DNA of 64,000 nucleotides from a bacterium (GTDB lineage: Bacteria; UBA8248), in NCBI GenBank assembly GCA_965221165.1, contig CBDCRP010000003.1:896001-960000 (forward strand), given 5' to 3'. This document shows positions 12,560 to 22,756 of this stretch, one piece after another. A program made the position numbers and the translations under genes. The notes under the pieces are model-generated. The model saw only the letters and a list, made by a program, of their open reading frames with translations, did not search any database and was not told where the DNA came from. Positions within the stretch are counted from its first letter, which is position 1, and every line of letters starts with the position of its first letter.

Positions 12560-13857
12560 CTCTTTACCGCCTGGTACACGCGCTCGAGTTCGCGATTCTC
12601 TCTGTCCGCCCCGACGCCGCGCGAGAATGCGGGCCGCTTTCGCAGCACCACCACGTTCGGGCCGCGCGGCCCCCATACGCTCGGCTCAGCCGGCCCCTGA
12701 AAGATGCAGATCACGGGAACGCCGAGCGCCGCGGCGATATGGGTGGGGCCCGAGTCGTTCCCGATGAAAAGCCGACAGGCCTTCATCACCCCCATGAGCG
12801 ACCGGAGGCTCCGTACCTTCCCGCACATGTCCACAACAGTGCCCCGGACACGGACGCCCTTCATGGATTTCAGTATCTCATCGACGATTTGCCGATCATC
12901 CGGCCCTCCCAGCAACAAGACCCGTGCCGGGAGACTGGAAACGACCCGGCTGATCAGTTCCCCGTAGAGTTTCGGTCTCCATATTCTCTCTCTTCCTCCG
13001 GCTCCCGGGTGAATCCCGATGAAAAAATCAGAGCCGTACTCCATCAGGGATGATAAGGTTGCGCGCCCTTGCGCCTGTTCTTCTCGAGAGAGCGTCAGTG
13101 CGGGGTTTTTCGTCTCGAACGGACCCAGCCCCGCACATTCGAGCAGACCCAGATTAAATTCCACCTGATGGCGCTTGGGGTACTCCTCGGCTTCGACATC
13201 CAGCCCGAAGCCGAATCCTCTGATGCCGCGCCCGACCAGATAGCGCGCGCCCGCGAGCCTCGCCGCGATGATCGACTGAAAATCGCCCGCGAAATCGACC
13301 GCCAGATCGTAGGACCCGCCGATTTCCTCCGCTCTCAATCTGAGCAATCGCCTCAGTCTGCGCATCGAGAGAAAACCGAATTTTTTCCGCTTCGGCCTGT
13401 CGCGCCAGGACGCATTGAATACGAGAAAATCCACCCCGCCCAACTCTTCGTCCAAGTCCATGAACAAAGCGCGGGCGGATGAGCGAACGAGAAGGTCGAT
13501 TTGCGCATCCGGCAGGCTTTCGCGAATCGCATGAACCGCGGGCAGCGTACAGACGAGGTCGCCGATATGATCGGAGCGCATCAAAAGAACACGGCGAATG
13601 GCCGGGGGCCTTTCTCTCGTTTTACCGAAAAAGGTCTCCCCCGCCAGGTCGACCGTGCGAAACGCCAACCTCGCCAGAAGACTCCTATAGTCGTAATTGC
13701 GCTGAAAAACGGGAATCCTGCGGCCCGGCTCCGGACTGAATGCCGCCTCCACCGGGGGCACGGCGGATTTAGGGGGCAGGCGCAGGTGAGCCTCATCAAA
13801 AAAACTCGCCGCCTCGAGCGGTGATTCGCGCATTCCCACGTTTTCTGATTTATCCAT
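12550..13857 (-). CDS. GT9 glycosyltransferase (LPS heptosyltransferase family)
   Basis: RSDHIGDLV, IGIHPGAG, FIGNDSGPTHIAAALGVP. Confidence 0.88.
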   Translation of the reverse strand: MDKSENVGMRESPLEAASFFDEAHLRLPPKSAVPPVEAAFSPEPGRRIPVFQRNYDYRSLLARLAFRTVDLAGETFFGKTRERPPAIRRVLLMRSDHIGDLVCTLPAVHAIRESLPDAQIDLLVRSSARALFMDLDEELGGVDFLVFNASWRDRPKRKKFGFLSMRRLRRLLRLRAEEIGGSYDLAVDFAGDFQSIIAARLAGARYLVGRGIRGFGFGLDVEAEEYPKRHQVEFNLGLLECAGLGPFETKNPALTLSREEQAQGRATLSSLMEYGSDFFIGIHPGAGGRERIWRPKLYGELISRVVSSLPARVLLLGGPDDRQIVDEILKSMKGVRVRGTVVDMCGKVRSLRSLMGVMKACRLFIGNDSGPTHIAAALGVPVICIFQGPAEPSVWGPRGPNVVVLRKRPAFSRGVGADRENRELERVYQAVKRCA

Positions 13858-14075
13858 CGTGCGTTCTCAAAACGAATTTCAACTCCACAGGCAGTAATGA
13901 ATATAGCGCGCTTCGCCCCTCGGCGGAAATTCCGCCATCCCAAATCCCTCCCACGACATACACAACGCCGCCGGCAATCACGGGGATGATGAGCGATGTA
14001 GGCAGCCAGGGCAAGATCATACCCGCAAAAAGGGCCGCCAGACAGGCCGCCTCACCTCCTCCATCCACTATCCCT

Positions 14076-15191
14076 TCAAGCCCGCAAAACATCCTCATAA
14101 AGACGATGCGTCTTCTCGGCCACCACATCCCAGGTGAATTCCTCGAGCACTCTTTTGCGACCGGCTTCCGCCACCCGTTCGCGTTCACGGGGCTCATTCT
14201 TCAACTTTTGGAGAATTTTCCCCAAAGCCTCCGCATCAGCTTCGGGAAATACGAACCCCTCCGCACCGATGACATGCGGGATTTCGCCCGTGGCCGCTCC
14301 CACGGGAACCACGCCGCAACCCATCGCCTCGATCAGCACGCGACCGAATTGCTCTCGCCAGTTCACGGCCGCTCTCGATGGAAGCGCCAACACATGCCAT
14401 TTGCGCAAATACCAGGGAACCTCGAAATTATCGACCCAGCCGATGAATTCCACCTGCTCCCCGATTCCGAGTGCGCGCGCGAGCCGCTCCAGATTTTCCC
14501 GCACATCCCCATCCCCTACGATTTGCGCTCTCCAGTCTCCCGCAAGACCCGCAAGCGCCCCCAAGAGAACGTCGACCCCTTTGGGGTGAACGAGCCTTCC
14601 GGCATACCCGACGGTAAATACATCGCCGCGCTCACCCGGCTCAGGCGGACGGAAAAGTTCCGGGTCCAGTCCCCATTGGGGGAGCGTTCGCACTTTTTCC
14701 GGCGGTGCGCCGAGACGCGAAAGCCTTGTCCGGGCGGTATGGGCATAGACCAAAAGCGCGTCCGCGCGGCGGAAAATGATTTTTTCGATCCTGCGGGCGC
14801 GCCAGGGGAGAGCGCTATCGGAATTCTCCGAGTTGTTGACAATGAACTTCGGCCGCGTTCTGAGCATAGACAGATAAAGTAATACCTGGGCCGCGGCGAA
14901 GCCGTAGGACTGCTCTTCCAGGTGAATGATATGCGGCCGCGCTTGCCTGAGCGCCTTCCATAGCCCCCGGCGGTAGACGTGGCCGCCCACCCTGCCGCTG
15001 AAAACCAGGGGGCCGGTGAAAATCCGGTATCCGTTCTCCTCGCCCTCATGGCAGGTGAGCACCCGCGCGCCTTCTTTCCACTTTTCAGGCGCGAGCAAAA
15101 AAACCTCGAGCCCCGGCCGCTGCGCGAGCGCGGCGATCTTCGCCCGATGAAGCGGCGACGCGCAGAAGCGGGAAATGACTAAAACGCGCAT
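14076..15191 (-). CDS. GT4 glycosyltransferase
   Basis: GYAGRLVHPKGVD, EQFGRVLIEAMGCGVVPVG. Confidence 0.9.
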   Translation of the reverse strand: MRVLVISRFCASPLHRAKIAALAQRPGLEVFLLAPEKWKEGARVLTCHEGEENGYRIFTGPLVFSGRVGGHVYRRGLWKALRQARPHIIHLEEQSYGFAAAQVLLYLSMLRTRPKFIVNNSENSDSALPWRARRIEKIIFRRADALLVYAHTARTRLSRLGAPPEKVRTLPQWGLDPELFRPPEPGERGDVFTVGYAGRLVHPKGVDVLLGALAGLAGDWRAQIVGDGDVRENLERLARALGIGEQVEFIGWVDNFEVPWYLRKWHVLALPSRAAVNWREQFGRVLIEAMGCGVVPVGAATGEIPHVIGAEGFVFPEADAEALGKILQKLKNEPRERERVAEAGRKRVLEEFTWDVVAEKTHRLYEDVLRA

Positions 15192-15210
15192 GACGGCCTC
15201 CCCATAGCGC

Positions 15211-15987
15211 CTACCCTAAACGCAGAAAAACGCCTTCGACGACCCCGCTGAACCAGCAAATGGGAGGAATTTTGGATAGCCGGGCCTCGGCGCCCAACCA
15301 TATATGCGGATGCGCTCCCAGTGATTGCCTGAGCCCTTCCGGCAGAGGGGTCAGATTCTTCGGCAGGGTGTTCGAATACCATGTCTTGACCGCCTGAAAC
15401 CCGAACCGGGAAAGGAGTCGGCGCATTTTTTTGATGGAATAGAGCCGGTCGTGATCACTCGCTTTGAAGATATTTCTCGCCAGGAACTCCGCGTAACTCC
15501 ACTCGTTGGGCAACATCATCACGACAAGGAAACCCTCGGGGCGCAGGGTGCGCGAAATTTCCGAGAGCGAGCCGCTCTCGTCTTCCACATGCTCCAGTAC
15601 CCCGCATGACAAAACGACGTCGAAAGATTCGTTCTCGAAGGGAAGCCGAACGGGGTCTTTGCCGTACACGACATCGAGGTTTTGATCGCGGAGAAATACA
15701 TTCGAAGGAGATGGTTCTTCTGCTTCAATCGTGTAGGAAACGACCTCGAAACCCCGGTTTCTCAGAAGATAAGACATCTGCCCGTAACCGCACCCCCAAT
15801 CCAGCAACCTGCCGCCATGTGGTTTCAGGTTTTTCACGATATCCGCTTTTCGCAGATAATTGGCGCGCCCAAGCGGCGTGGACAAGTGGTGGAGACCGCA
15901 GCAGGCCTCCGCCGATGAGCGTTCGACGGCGCAGGCGAGCACAGCCATCTCTTCGGACTCGGGTCGAGGAGAGCGTATCGTCGGCAT
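15211..15987 (-). CDS. Class I SAM-dependent methyltransferase
   Basis: LLDWGCGYG, LPFENESFDVV, VLEHV, RTLRPEG. Confidence 0.88.
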   Translation of the reverse strand: MPTIRSPRPESEEMAVLACAVERSSAEACCGLHHLSTPLGRANYLRKADIVKNLKPHGGRLLDWGCGYGQMSYLLRNRGFEVVSYTIEAEEPSPSNVFLRDQNLDVVYGKDPVRLPFENESFDVVLSCGVLEHVEDESGSLSEISRTLRPEGFLVVMMLPNEWSYAEFLARNIFKASDHDRLYSIKKMRRLLSRFGFQAVKTWYSNTLPKNLTPLPEGLRQSLGAHPHIWLGAEARLSKIPPICWFSGVVEGVFLRLG

Positions 15988-16130
15988 AGGACGCGAACCC
16001 TGTTTTCATCGTGGAGGCAAGATCTACTCTATCCCCGGGACCACGCGGAACACAAGGCTCGCTTGACACGAGGCCGGTGGGTGGGAGAACTTCCGAATAG
16101 CCACCATCCACCCATTCGAGGGATAAAACC

Positions 16131-17000
16131 ATGGACCATTGCGGAGCGCGCCTCCGGGCGCTTTTGGAAGAGAAACGACCCGTGCTTGCTCCCGCCTGCA
16201 TCGACGCCTTCAGTGCGCGCATGGTCGAGCAGGCGGGGTTTGCGGTGAACTATCTGACGGGCAACGGCGCCTCGGCGGCCCTCCTCGGCAAGCCGGACGT
16301 GGGCTTCATGACGCTGCGCGAGGTGGCCGACGTTTGCCGGAACATCGTACAGGCCACCTCGATTCCCCTCATAGCGGACGCCGACACCGGTTACGGCAAC
16401 GCCGTCAACATGATTCGCACCGTCCGCGAACTCGAATCGGCGGGCGTCGCCTGCATCCAGATCGAGGATCAGGTGACACCCAAAAGGTGCGGTTTCCTGC
16501 CCGGCTCGATCCCCGTCATTTCCCTGGACGAACAACTCGGCAAGCTGAAGGCGGCGCTGGACGCCCGCCAAAGCGAGGATTTCCTCATCCTCGCCCGCAC
16601 GGACGCAGCCTCCGACCATGGGCTGGACGAGGCTATCCGCAGAGCCGTCGCCTATAAAGAGGCGGGGGCCGACCTCACGTTCATCGAGGTCGAAGGCACG
16701 GAGGAGGAACTCAGGAAAATCGGCGCCGAGGTTCCTCCGCCCCACGTCACCACGCTCGATGAATCGAGGCGCGAGGCGGCCCTCAGCGTGGATGAACTCG
16801 GAGAACTCGGCTTCGGCGTCATCATCTATCCGGGCATCGTGCGCTGCACGTATCTCAAAGCGGTGAACGACGTGCTGCGCATCCTCAAGGAAGAAGACTC
16901 CACGCGCTCCGCGCGCGAGATGATGGCCACCTTCCAGGAATACAACGACGCCCTGGGCATCTCGGAAATCCAGACGTGGGAGCGCGAATACCTGGGATGA
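16131..17000 (+). CDS. Isocitrate lyase/PEP mutase family protein (PrpB/oxaloacetate hydrolase-like)
   Basis: IADADTGYG, IQIEDQ..PKRCG, ARTDA, AGAD. Confidence 0.88.
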   Translation: MDHCGARLRALLEEKRPVLAPACIDAFSARMVEQAGFAVNYLTGNGASAALLGKPDVGFMTLREVADVCRNIVQATSIPLIADADTGYGNAVNMIRTVRELESAGVACIQIEDQVTPKRCGFLPGSIPVISLDEQLGKLKAALDARQSEDFLILARTDAASDHGLDEAIRRAVAYKEAGADLTFIEVEGTEEELRKIGAEVPPPHVTTLDESRREAALSVDELGELGFGVIIYPGIVRCTYLKAVNDVLRILKEEDSTRSAREMMATFQEYNDALGISEIQTWEREYLG

Positions 17001-17028
17001 TTCATCAGCATCACGCAAGGAGCGGAAA

Positions 17029-17328
17029 ATGATCACCGTAGGCATGTATTACGAAGTGCTGCCGGGCAAGGAGAAAGAGTTCGAAGAAAAATTCGAGGCC
17101 GTGGCCAACGCCCTGGAAGGCCAGGCCGGCCACGTGCAGAGCCTTCTGTATCAACAGGTGAAAAACCCGAATTCCTACACCATCCTCTCGGAATGGGGCA
17201 CCCAGGAAGACTTCATGACCTTCATCAGGAGCGATGCGTTTCGCGCCGTCACGGACTGGGGAAAAGCGGAGATTCTGGCGGGCCGACCGCGCCACAAGCT
17301 CTATGGCCGCGAGGGCGATCTCCACTAG
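17029..17328 (+). CDS. Antibiotic biosynthesis monooxygenase (ABM) family protein
   Basis: 99 aa; V.PGKE.EFE..F, Y.I.SEW...EDF..F..S.AF pattern; RBS aaggag upstream. Confidence 0.8.
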   Translation: MITVGMYYEVLPGKEKEFEEKFEAVANALEGQAGHVQSLLYQQVKNPNSYTILSEWGTQEDFMTFIRSDAFRAVTDWGKAEILAGRPRHKLYGREGDLH

Positions 17329-17340
17329 AGGAAAACCCGT

Positions 17341-18218
17341 ATGCCAGACATGCTCCCCTGCCCGCCCCCGGACCCCCATCCCAGGGCGCCTCGCTTCAAA
17401 CTTCCCCCCGGCGCCTGGGACACCCACGGCCACATCTTCGGGCCCGAGAGCAAATACGCCTACTCCCCCAAAAGGGGCTACACGCCCCCCGACGCTTCCT
17501 TAGAAGCATTCGAAGCACTCCACCGGACACTCGGGGTGGAGCGCGGCGTTCTCACCCAGCCCAGCGTCTACGGGGTCGACAACACCGCCATGCTCGACGC
17601 CATGGCCCGCTCCCGGGGGCGGCTCATGGGCGTGGCCTCCGTGGACAAGGACGTAAGCGAGGAAGAGCTCGCGAATCTCCACGAGGCGGGCGTTCGCGGC
17701 CTGCGGATCAACCTGGCGGACAAGGGCGGGAATCCATTCGATTCGTTCGCAGACGTTCAGGCGATGGGCGAGCGCATCAAGAGCATGGGCTGGCACATGG
17801 AGTTTCTCATTCACGTGCATGAGTTCGCGGACCTCGGGAAAACCTTCTCCTCCCTGCCCGTTCACAGCGTTTTCGGCCACATGGGCTACGTACCGACGAC
17901 CGAGGGGTTGGGGCCGCTTCAGGAATTTATCGATCTGCTGAAAGAAGGCCGAACGTGGGTGAAACTCACGGGCGCCTACCGCATCACGGGCCTCCGGCAG
18001 ACGCCATATACGGACGTCGACCCCGTCGCCCGCGCGCTCATCGAAGCGGCGCCTGCGCGCATCATCTGGGTACGGACTGGCCGCATCCCGTCTGCAAACT
18101 CCCGATGCCCAACGACGGCGATTTACTGGATCAGTTGCTCGACTGGGCGCCGGATGAGAGCGTTCGCAATAAAATACTCGTGGACAACCCCCTGAAACTG
18201 CTCGGGCTCGATACATAG
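17341..18218 (+). CDS. Amidohydrolase_2, LigI (2-pyrone-4,6-dicarboxylate lactonase)-like; apparent 1-nt deletion at ~18068-18071
   Basis: WDTHGHIFGP, QPSVYGVDN, GVRGLRIN, WVKLTGAYR; conserved WGTDWPHP is split: ...ATC TGG G TAC GGA CTG (one G missing), and the C-terminus GTDWPHP...ILVDNP is in the 17955..18218 frame. Confidence 0.82.
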
Positions 18219-18227
18219 GAGAGAAAA

Positions 18228-19133
18228 ATGGCGCGCAAGGCTACAAAAAAAATCGCATTCCTCGGCTTGGGCCGCATGGGCGGATTGATGACGAAACACC
18301 AGATCGACGCAGGCTTATCCGTCACGGGCTACGACCCCTCCCCGCAAGCCGCCGCGACGGCTAAGAAAAATGGCGCCAAAATCGCCAGAACCGTCGCAGC
18401 GGCGGTGAAGGGGGCCGACGTGGTCTGCAGTTCGCTCCCCACGCCCGCCGTCGTGAGGAACGTCTACCTCGGTCCCAAGGGCGTGCTCGATACGGCGCGG
18501 CGCGGGGTGGTCTGTTTTGAGCTTTCGACGAGCAGCGTCGCCCTCGCGAAAGAGATCGCCGAGGCGGCAAAGAAAAAGGGAGTCGCCTTTCTGGACGCTC
18601 CCGTGAGCGGGAGCATTCCGCACCTGGAGCGCAAGGAAGTCGCCGCCATCGTCGGCGGGGACCAGGCCGCGCTCAAGGAACACCGCGACGCGCTCGACGC
18701 CTTCAGCAAGTCCATCACCTACATGGGGAAATCCGGAAACGGCCTGATCATGAAGCTGGTGACGAACCATATTCTGAACATCCACCATTCCGGCATGGCC
18801 GAAGGGCTCGCGTTCGGGATGAAAGCGGGGCTGACGGCTCCCAAAATGATGAAATTCCTGCAAGGCAGCGTGATTCCCCTGCTGATCCACTACAAAGGCG
18901 CGACCATGGCGGCGCGCGATTATTCCGACGTCATCGCAAACCTGGGGATAAGCTACAAGGATTTGGGCCTCAGCATCAACGAGGCGAACGATCTGGGCGT
19001 CCCCGTGCCCCTGGGCGCCGCCGCGCGCCAGCAGTACACCTCCGCCATGGCGCTCGGCCTCGAAGATGCGGATTTCAACGCCGTTTTCGAGTCGTTCCTG
19101 AACGCCATGGGCACGAAGCCGAAAAGAAAATAG
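18228..19133 (+). CDS. NAD(P)-dependent beta-hydroxyacid dehydrogenase (3-hydroxyisobutyrate/GarR family), paralog 1
   Basis: FLGLGRMG, FLDAPVSG, MKLVTN catalytic Lys, KDL. Confidence 0.88.
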   Translation: MARKATKKIAFLGLGRMGGLMTKHQIDAGLSVTGYDPSPQAAATAKKNGAKIARTVAAAVKGADVVCSSLPTPAVVRNVYLGPKGVLDTARRGVVCFELSTSSVALAKEIAEAAKKKGVAFLDAPVSGSIPHLERKEVAAIVGGDQAALKEHRDALDAFSKSITYMGKSGNGLIMKLVTNHILNIHHSGMAEGLAFGMKAGLTAPKMMKFLQGSVIPLLIHYKGATMAARDYSDVIANLGISYKDLGLSINEANDLGVPVPLGAAARQQYTSAMALGLEDADFNAVFESFLNAMGTKPKRK

Positions 19134-19264
19134 ATTTTACAGGGGGCAGAGCGGACGCCTGCACCGCGTCGGGAGACGCCCGGGCTGATTTTTAGGGATG
19201 GCATCACCGGTACTCAGGCGTGGACGGCCTGCGATGGCGCATTCAACTTCAGGAGTGTGAATAA

Positions 19265-20170
19265 ATGGCGCGCAAGGCTACGAAAAAAATCGCATTTTTA
19301 GGCTTGGGGCGCATGGGCGGATTGATGACGAAACACCTCGTAGACGCCGGATTCGAAGTCACGGGCTACGACCCTGCGCCAAAAGCCGTCGCGGCTGCAA
19401 AGAAAAACGGTGTTAAAATCGCAAAAAACGCCGCGGCGGCGGTCAAAGGCGGCGACGTGGTGTGCAGTTCGCTGCCCAAAACCGCCATCGTGCGGGATGT
19501 CTATTTAGGCGCAGGCGGCGCGCTCCAGGCGATGCGGCGCGGCGCGATCTGTTTCGAGCTTTCGACGAGTTCCGTCGCCCTCGCGAAGGAAATCGCCGCC
19601 CAAGCCGCGAAGAAGAACATCGCCTTTCTGGACGCTCCCGTGAGCGGAAGCGTGCCGCATCTGGAGCGCAAGGAAGTATCCACCATCGTGGGCGGAGATA
19701 GGGCCGCGCTCAAAGAACACCGAGGCGTACTCGATGCGTTCAGCAAGTCCGTCACCTACATGGGAAAATCAGGAAACGGCCTGATCATGAAACTGGTGGC
19801 GAACCACATTCTGCACATCCAGCACGCCGGAATGGCCGAGGGACTCGCGTTCGGGGTGAAGGCGGGGTTGACGGCCCGGAAAATGATGAATTTCTTGCAG
19901 GGAAGCGTGATTCCGAACCTGATGTACTACAAGGGCACGGAGATGGCGGCGCGCGATTACTCCAACGTCATCGGGAACCTGGGACTCAGCTTCAAGGATC
20001 TGGGACTCAGCATCGAGGAGGCGAACGATTTGGGCGCGCCCGTTCCCCTGGGAGCAGCCGCCCGGCAGCAGCACACCTCCGCCATCGCGCTCGGGTTCGA
20101 ACAAGCGGATTTGAACGCCGTTTTCGAGACTTTCCTGAACGCCTCGGGCATGAGGATAAAGAGAAAATAA
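19265..20170 (+). CDS. NAD(P)-dependent beta-hydroxyacid dehydrogenase, paralog 2
   Basis: Same length (301 aa) and near-identical N-terminus (MARKATKKIAFLGLGRMGGLMTKH) as paralog 1. Confidence 0.88.
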   Translation: MARKATKKIAFLGLGRMGGLMTKHLVDAGFEVTGYDPAPKAVAAAKKNGVKIAKNAAAAVKGGDVVCSSLPKTAIVRDVYLGAGGALQAMRRGAICFELSTSSVALAKEIAAQAAKKNIAFLDAPVSGSVPHLERKEVSTIVGGDRAALKEHRGVLDAFSKSVTYMGKSGNGLIMKLVANHILHIQHAGMAEGLAFGVKAGLTARKMMNFLQGSVIPNLMYYKGTEMAARDYSNVIGNLGLSFKDLGLSIEEANDLGAPVPLGAAARQQHTSAIALGFEQADLNAVFETFLNASGMRIKRK

Positions 20171-20312
20171 TTTTATCGGAGGCAAACGGAAGTACGCACC
20201 CACGTCGGGAGACGCCTCTCCTGATTTTATGAGGGATGGGCCTGTCCCCTCCCCGCCCGTCGATTCGCAGGATGGGCGTTGCGTGATGCCGTATTCAAAG
20301 GAGTGATGAGAA

Positions 20313-21191
20313 ATGGCGAAAGTGGTTGCTTTTCTGGGTCTCGGCAACATGGGCTCCGGCATGTCGGAGAATCTGGTGAAGGCGGGATTCGACGTTCGAG
20401 GCTTCGACCCCGTCCCCGCCGCGCGCGAGCGGGCGGCCTCGGCCGGCCTTACAGTTTTCGAGACGGCGGCGGAAGCCGCATCGGGCGCGGAGGTCATCTG
20501 CAGTTCGGTGCCCGAAGTCGAACACGCGAAAGAAGCCTATCTGGGCGAGACCGGCGCGCTCACGAGCGCGCCCGAGGGTGCTGTTTGTTTCGACCTGTCC
20601 ACCCTCACGGTCGAGGGCAGCCAGGAACTCGCCGGGGAGGCGAAAAAACGCGGGGTCCGGTTTCTCGACACCCCCGTCAGCGGGAGCGTGCCCCACGCGA
20701 GAGCGGGGACCCTCGCCATCATGGTGGGGGGCGATGAGGCCGCACTCGAGGTCCACCGCGACGTTTTGGAAGCCTTCAGCGCCTCGATCCACTACTTCGG
20801 CGCGAACGGCGCGGGCCTCCAGATGAAGCTGGTGACGAACCACATTTTTGCGATCCACATCTCCGCCATCGCCGAGGCGCTGACCATGGGGACGAAGGGG
20901 GGCCTGAGCCCCGAGCAGATGGTCGAGTTCCTGAAGGCGAGCGTCATCCCAAAAATTCTCGAATACAAGGCCTCGCCCATGATCGCCAAGGACTACACGC
21001 CCACGTTCACGGTAAACCTGATGCTCAAGGATTTGCGCATCATCGCGGCGATGGCCGACGGCCTCGCGACGCCGATCCCTCTGGGAACCATGGCGCGGCA
21101 GGTCTACATGGGCGCGGCTGCTATGGGGCACGGGAACGCGGATCAAAACGCCATCCTAGATTTTTTTGAAAAAAGCGCAGGGATGGATTAA
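20313..21191 (+). CDS. NAD(P)-dependent beta-hydroxyacid dehydrogenase, paralog 3
   Basis: FLGLGNMG, FLDTPVSG, GTLAIMVGG, MKLVTN, MLKDL. Confidence 0.88.
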   Translation: MAKVVAFLGLGNMGSGMSENLVKAGFDVRGFDPVPAARERAASAGLTVFETAAEAASGAEVICSSVPEVEHAKEAYLGETGALTSAPEGAVCFDLSTLTVEGSQELAGEAKKRGVRFLDTPVSGSVPHARAGTLAIMVGGDEAALEVHRDVLEAFSASIHYFGANGAGLQMKLVTNHIFAIHISAIAEALTMGTKGGLSPEQMVEFLKASVIPKILEYKASPMIAKDYTPTFTVNLMLKDLRIIAAMADGLATPIPLGTMARQVYMGAAAMGHGNADQNAILDFFEKSAGMD

Positions 21192-21455
21192 CGCGCATGG
21201 AACGAGAGGCTTTCGCGAAACCAAGGCATACGCGCAAGCGCGCCCCTGCGCACATGGCGATGAAAGTCATTTTCCGGGATAATGGCTCGACTTTGGGGTT
21301 CTCGTGGAAGACTTGCTATTCTTGAGTAATTTAGTTTAGTATTTAATGGAATTATGGAACGGGCGTTGCGCGCTCTTCCATGCCGAGGACTTACGATAGA
21401 ATATTTTATCCCATATCCCTTTTCAGCGAATGCTGGCAGCAAAGGAGATCAAGAA

Positions 21456-22655
21456 ATGTCTAAGACAGGACGGGACCTGCTCGAAGCCGCGCGGGGCGAT
21501 GTTCCTGAGGTCACGGCGGAGGAAGTGAAATCCGCGGTCGATTCAGGCGCCGAGGTGGCGCTCATCGACGTGCGCGAACCCGATGAATTCCGGGGCGGCT
21601 ACCTGCCGGGCGCCGAGCACGTGAGCCGTGGATTTTTAGAACTCAAGATCGAGCAGGTCGTTCCCGACAGGACGACGCCCATCGTCGCCTATTGCGCGGG
21701 CGGCGTACGCTCGCTGCTCGCGGGCCAGGTGCTGCAATCCATGGGCTATCAGAACGTGAAATCCATGGCGGGCGGCTACGGGAAATGGAAAGACCTGGGC
21801 TTTCCCGTCCAGGTGGACAAGCAGATGAGCGCCGAGCAGTTAAACCGCTACAGCCGCCACTTCCTGCTCTCTCAAATCGGGGAAAAAGGCCAGTCCAAAC
21901 TCCTGGACGCCAAAGTCATCATGATAGGCGCGGGCGGCCTGGGTTCTCCCACCGGGCTTTATCTGACGGCCATGGGCGTGGGGAACATCGGCATCGTGGA
22001 CATGGACGTCGTGGATATGAGCAATCTTCAGCGCCAGATCGTCCACACGAACGATCGCGTGGGCACCTCGAAGGTCGAAAGCGCGAGAGCCACCCTCACC
22101 GCGCTGAACCCGGACGTGAACATCATCTCGCATGAGGAAAGAATCAACCGCGACAACGCGCTCGACCTCCTGAAGGACTACGACGTCATCATCAACGGGG
22201 CGGACAATTTCCCCACCCGCTACCTCGTGAACGACGCGGCGGTCTTTCTGGGAAAACCCATCGTCGACGCCTCCATCTTCAAGTTCGAGGGGCAGGCCAC
22301 CGTCTACCACCCCGGAGAGGGCGGGCCCTGCTACCGCTGCCTCTATCCCGAACCGCCGCCGCCCGGCATGGTGCCCTCCTGCCAGGACGCAGGCGTGCTG
22401 GGCGCGCTGTGCGGCACCATGGGCTCCATCCAGGCGACGGAGACGGCCAAGCTCATCGTGGGCTTCGGGGAACCGCTCATCGGCAAGCTGTTGATGTACG
22501 ACGCGCTCAAATCGCAGTTCAGGACGCTCAAGATCAGGCGCGACCCGGCCTGTCCCGTGTGCGGAGACAGCCCCTCGATCACGGAACTCATCGATTATGA
22601 GTTCTTCTGCGGCCTCACGGAAGCCCCCGCCGGCACCGCCGCAAACGGGCATTGA
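21456..22655 (+). CDS. moeB: Rhodanese-ThiF/MoeB fusion (molybdopterin-synthase adenylyltransferase MoeB/MoeZ-type)
   Basis: IDVREPDE, YCAGGVRS (rhodanese); RYSRHF, GAGGLGSP, SNLQRQ, CYRC, PSC, CPVCG; RBS aaggag before ATG 21456. Confidence 0.9.
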   Translation: MSKTGRDLLEAARGDVPEVTAEEVKSAVDSGAEVALIDVREPDEFRGGYLPGAEHVSRGFLELKIEQVVPDRTTPIVAYCAGGVRSLLAGQVLQSMGYQNVKSMAGGYGKWKDLGFPVQVDKQMSAEQLNRYSRHFLLSQIGEKGQSKLLDAKVIMIGAGGLGSPTGLYLTAMGVGNIGIVDMDVVDMSNLQRQIVHTNDRVGTSKVESARATLTALNPDVNIISHEERINRDNALDLLKDYDVIINGADNFPTRYLVNDAAVFLGKPIVDASIFKFEGQATVYHPGEGGPCYRCLYPEPPPPGMVPSCQDAGVLGALCGTMGSIQATETAKLIVGFGEPLIGKLLMYDALKSQFRTLKIRRDPACPVCGDSPSITELIDYEFFCGLTEAPAGTAANGH

Positions 22656-22725
22656 TGGGGGCGACGCAAGCAGTCAAGCTGGTGTAAACGGATGTAGGGA
22701 AACAACGAAAGTCTAGCCACAAGAC

Positions 22726-22756
22726 ACCCCCGGAACAAGATGTTCCGGGGGTTTTT
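22726..22756 (+). terminator. Rho-independent terminator after moeB
   Basis: ACCCCCGGAACA-aga-TGTTCCGGGGGT followed by TTTT. Confidence 0.75.
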
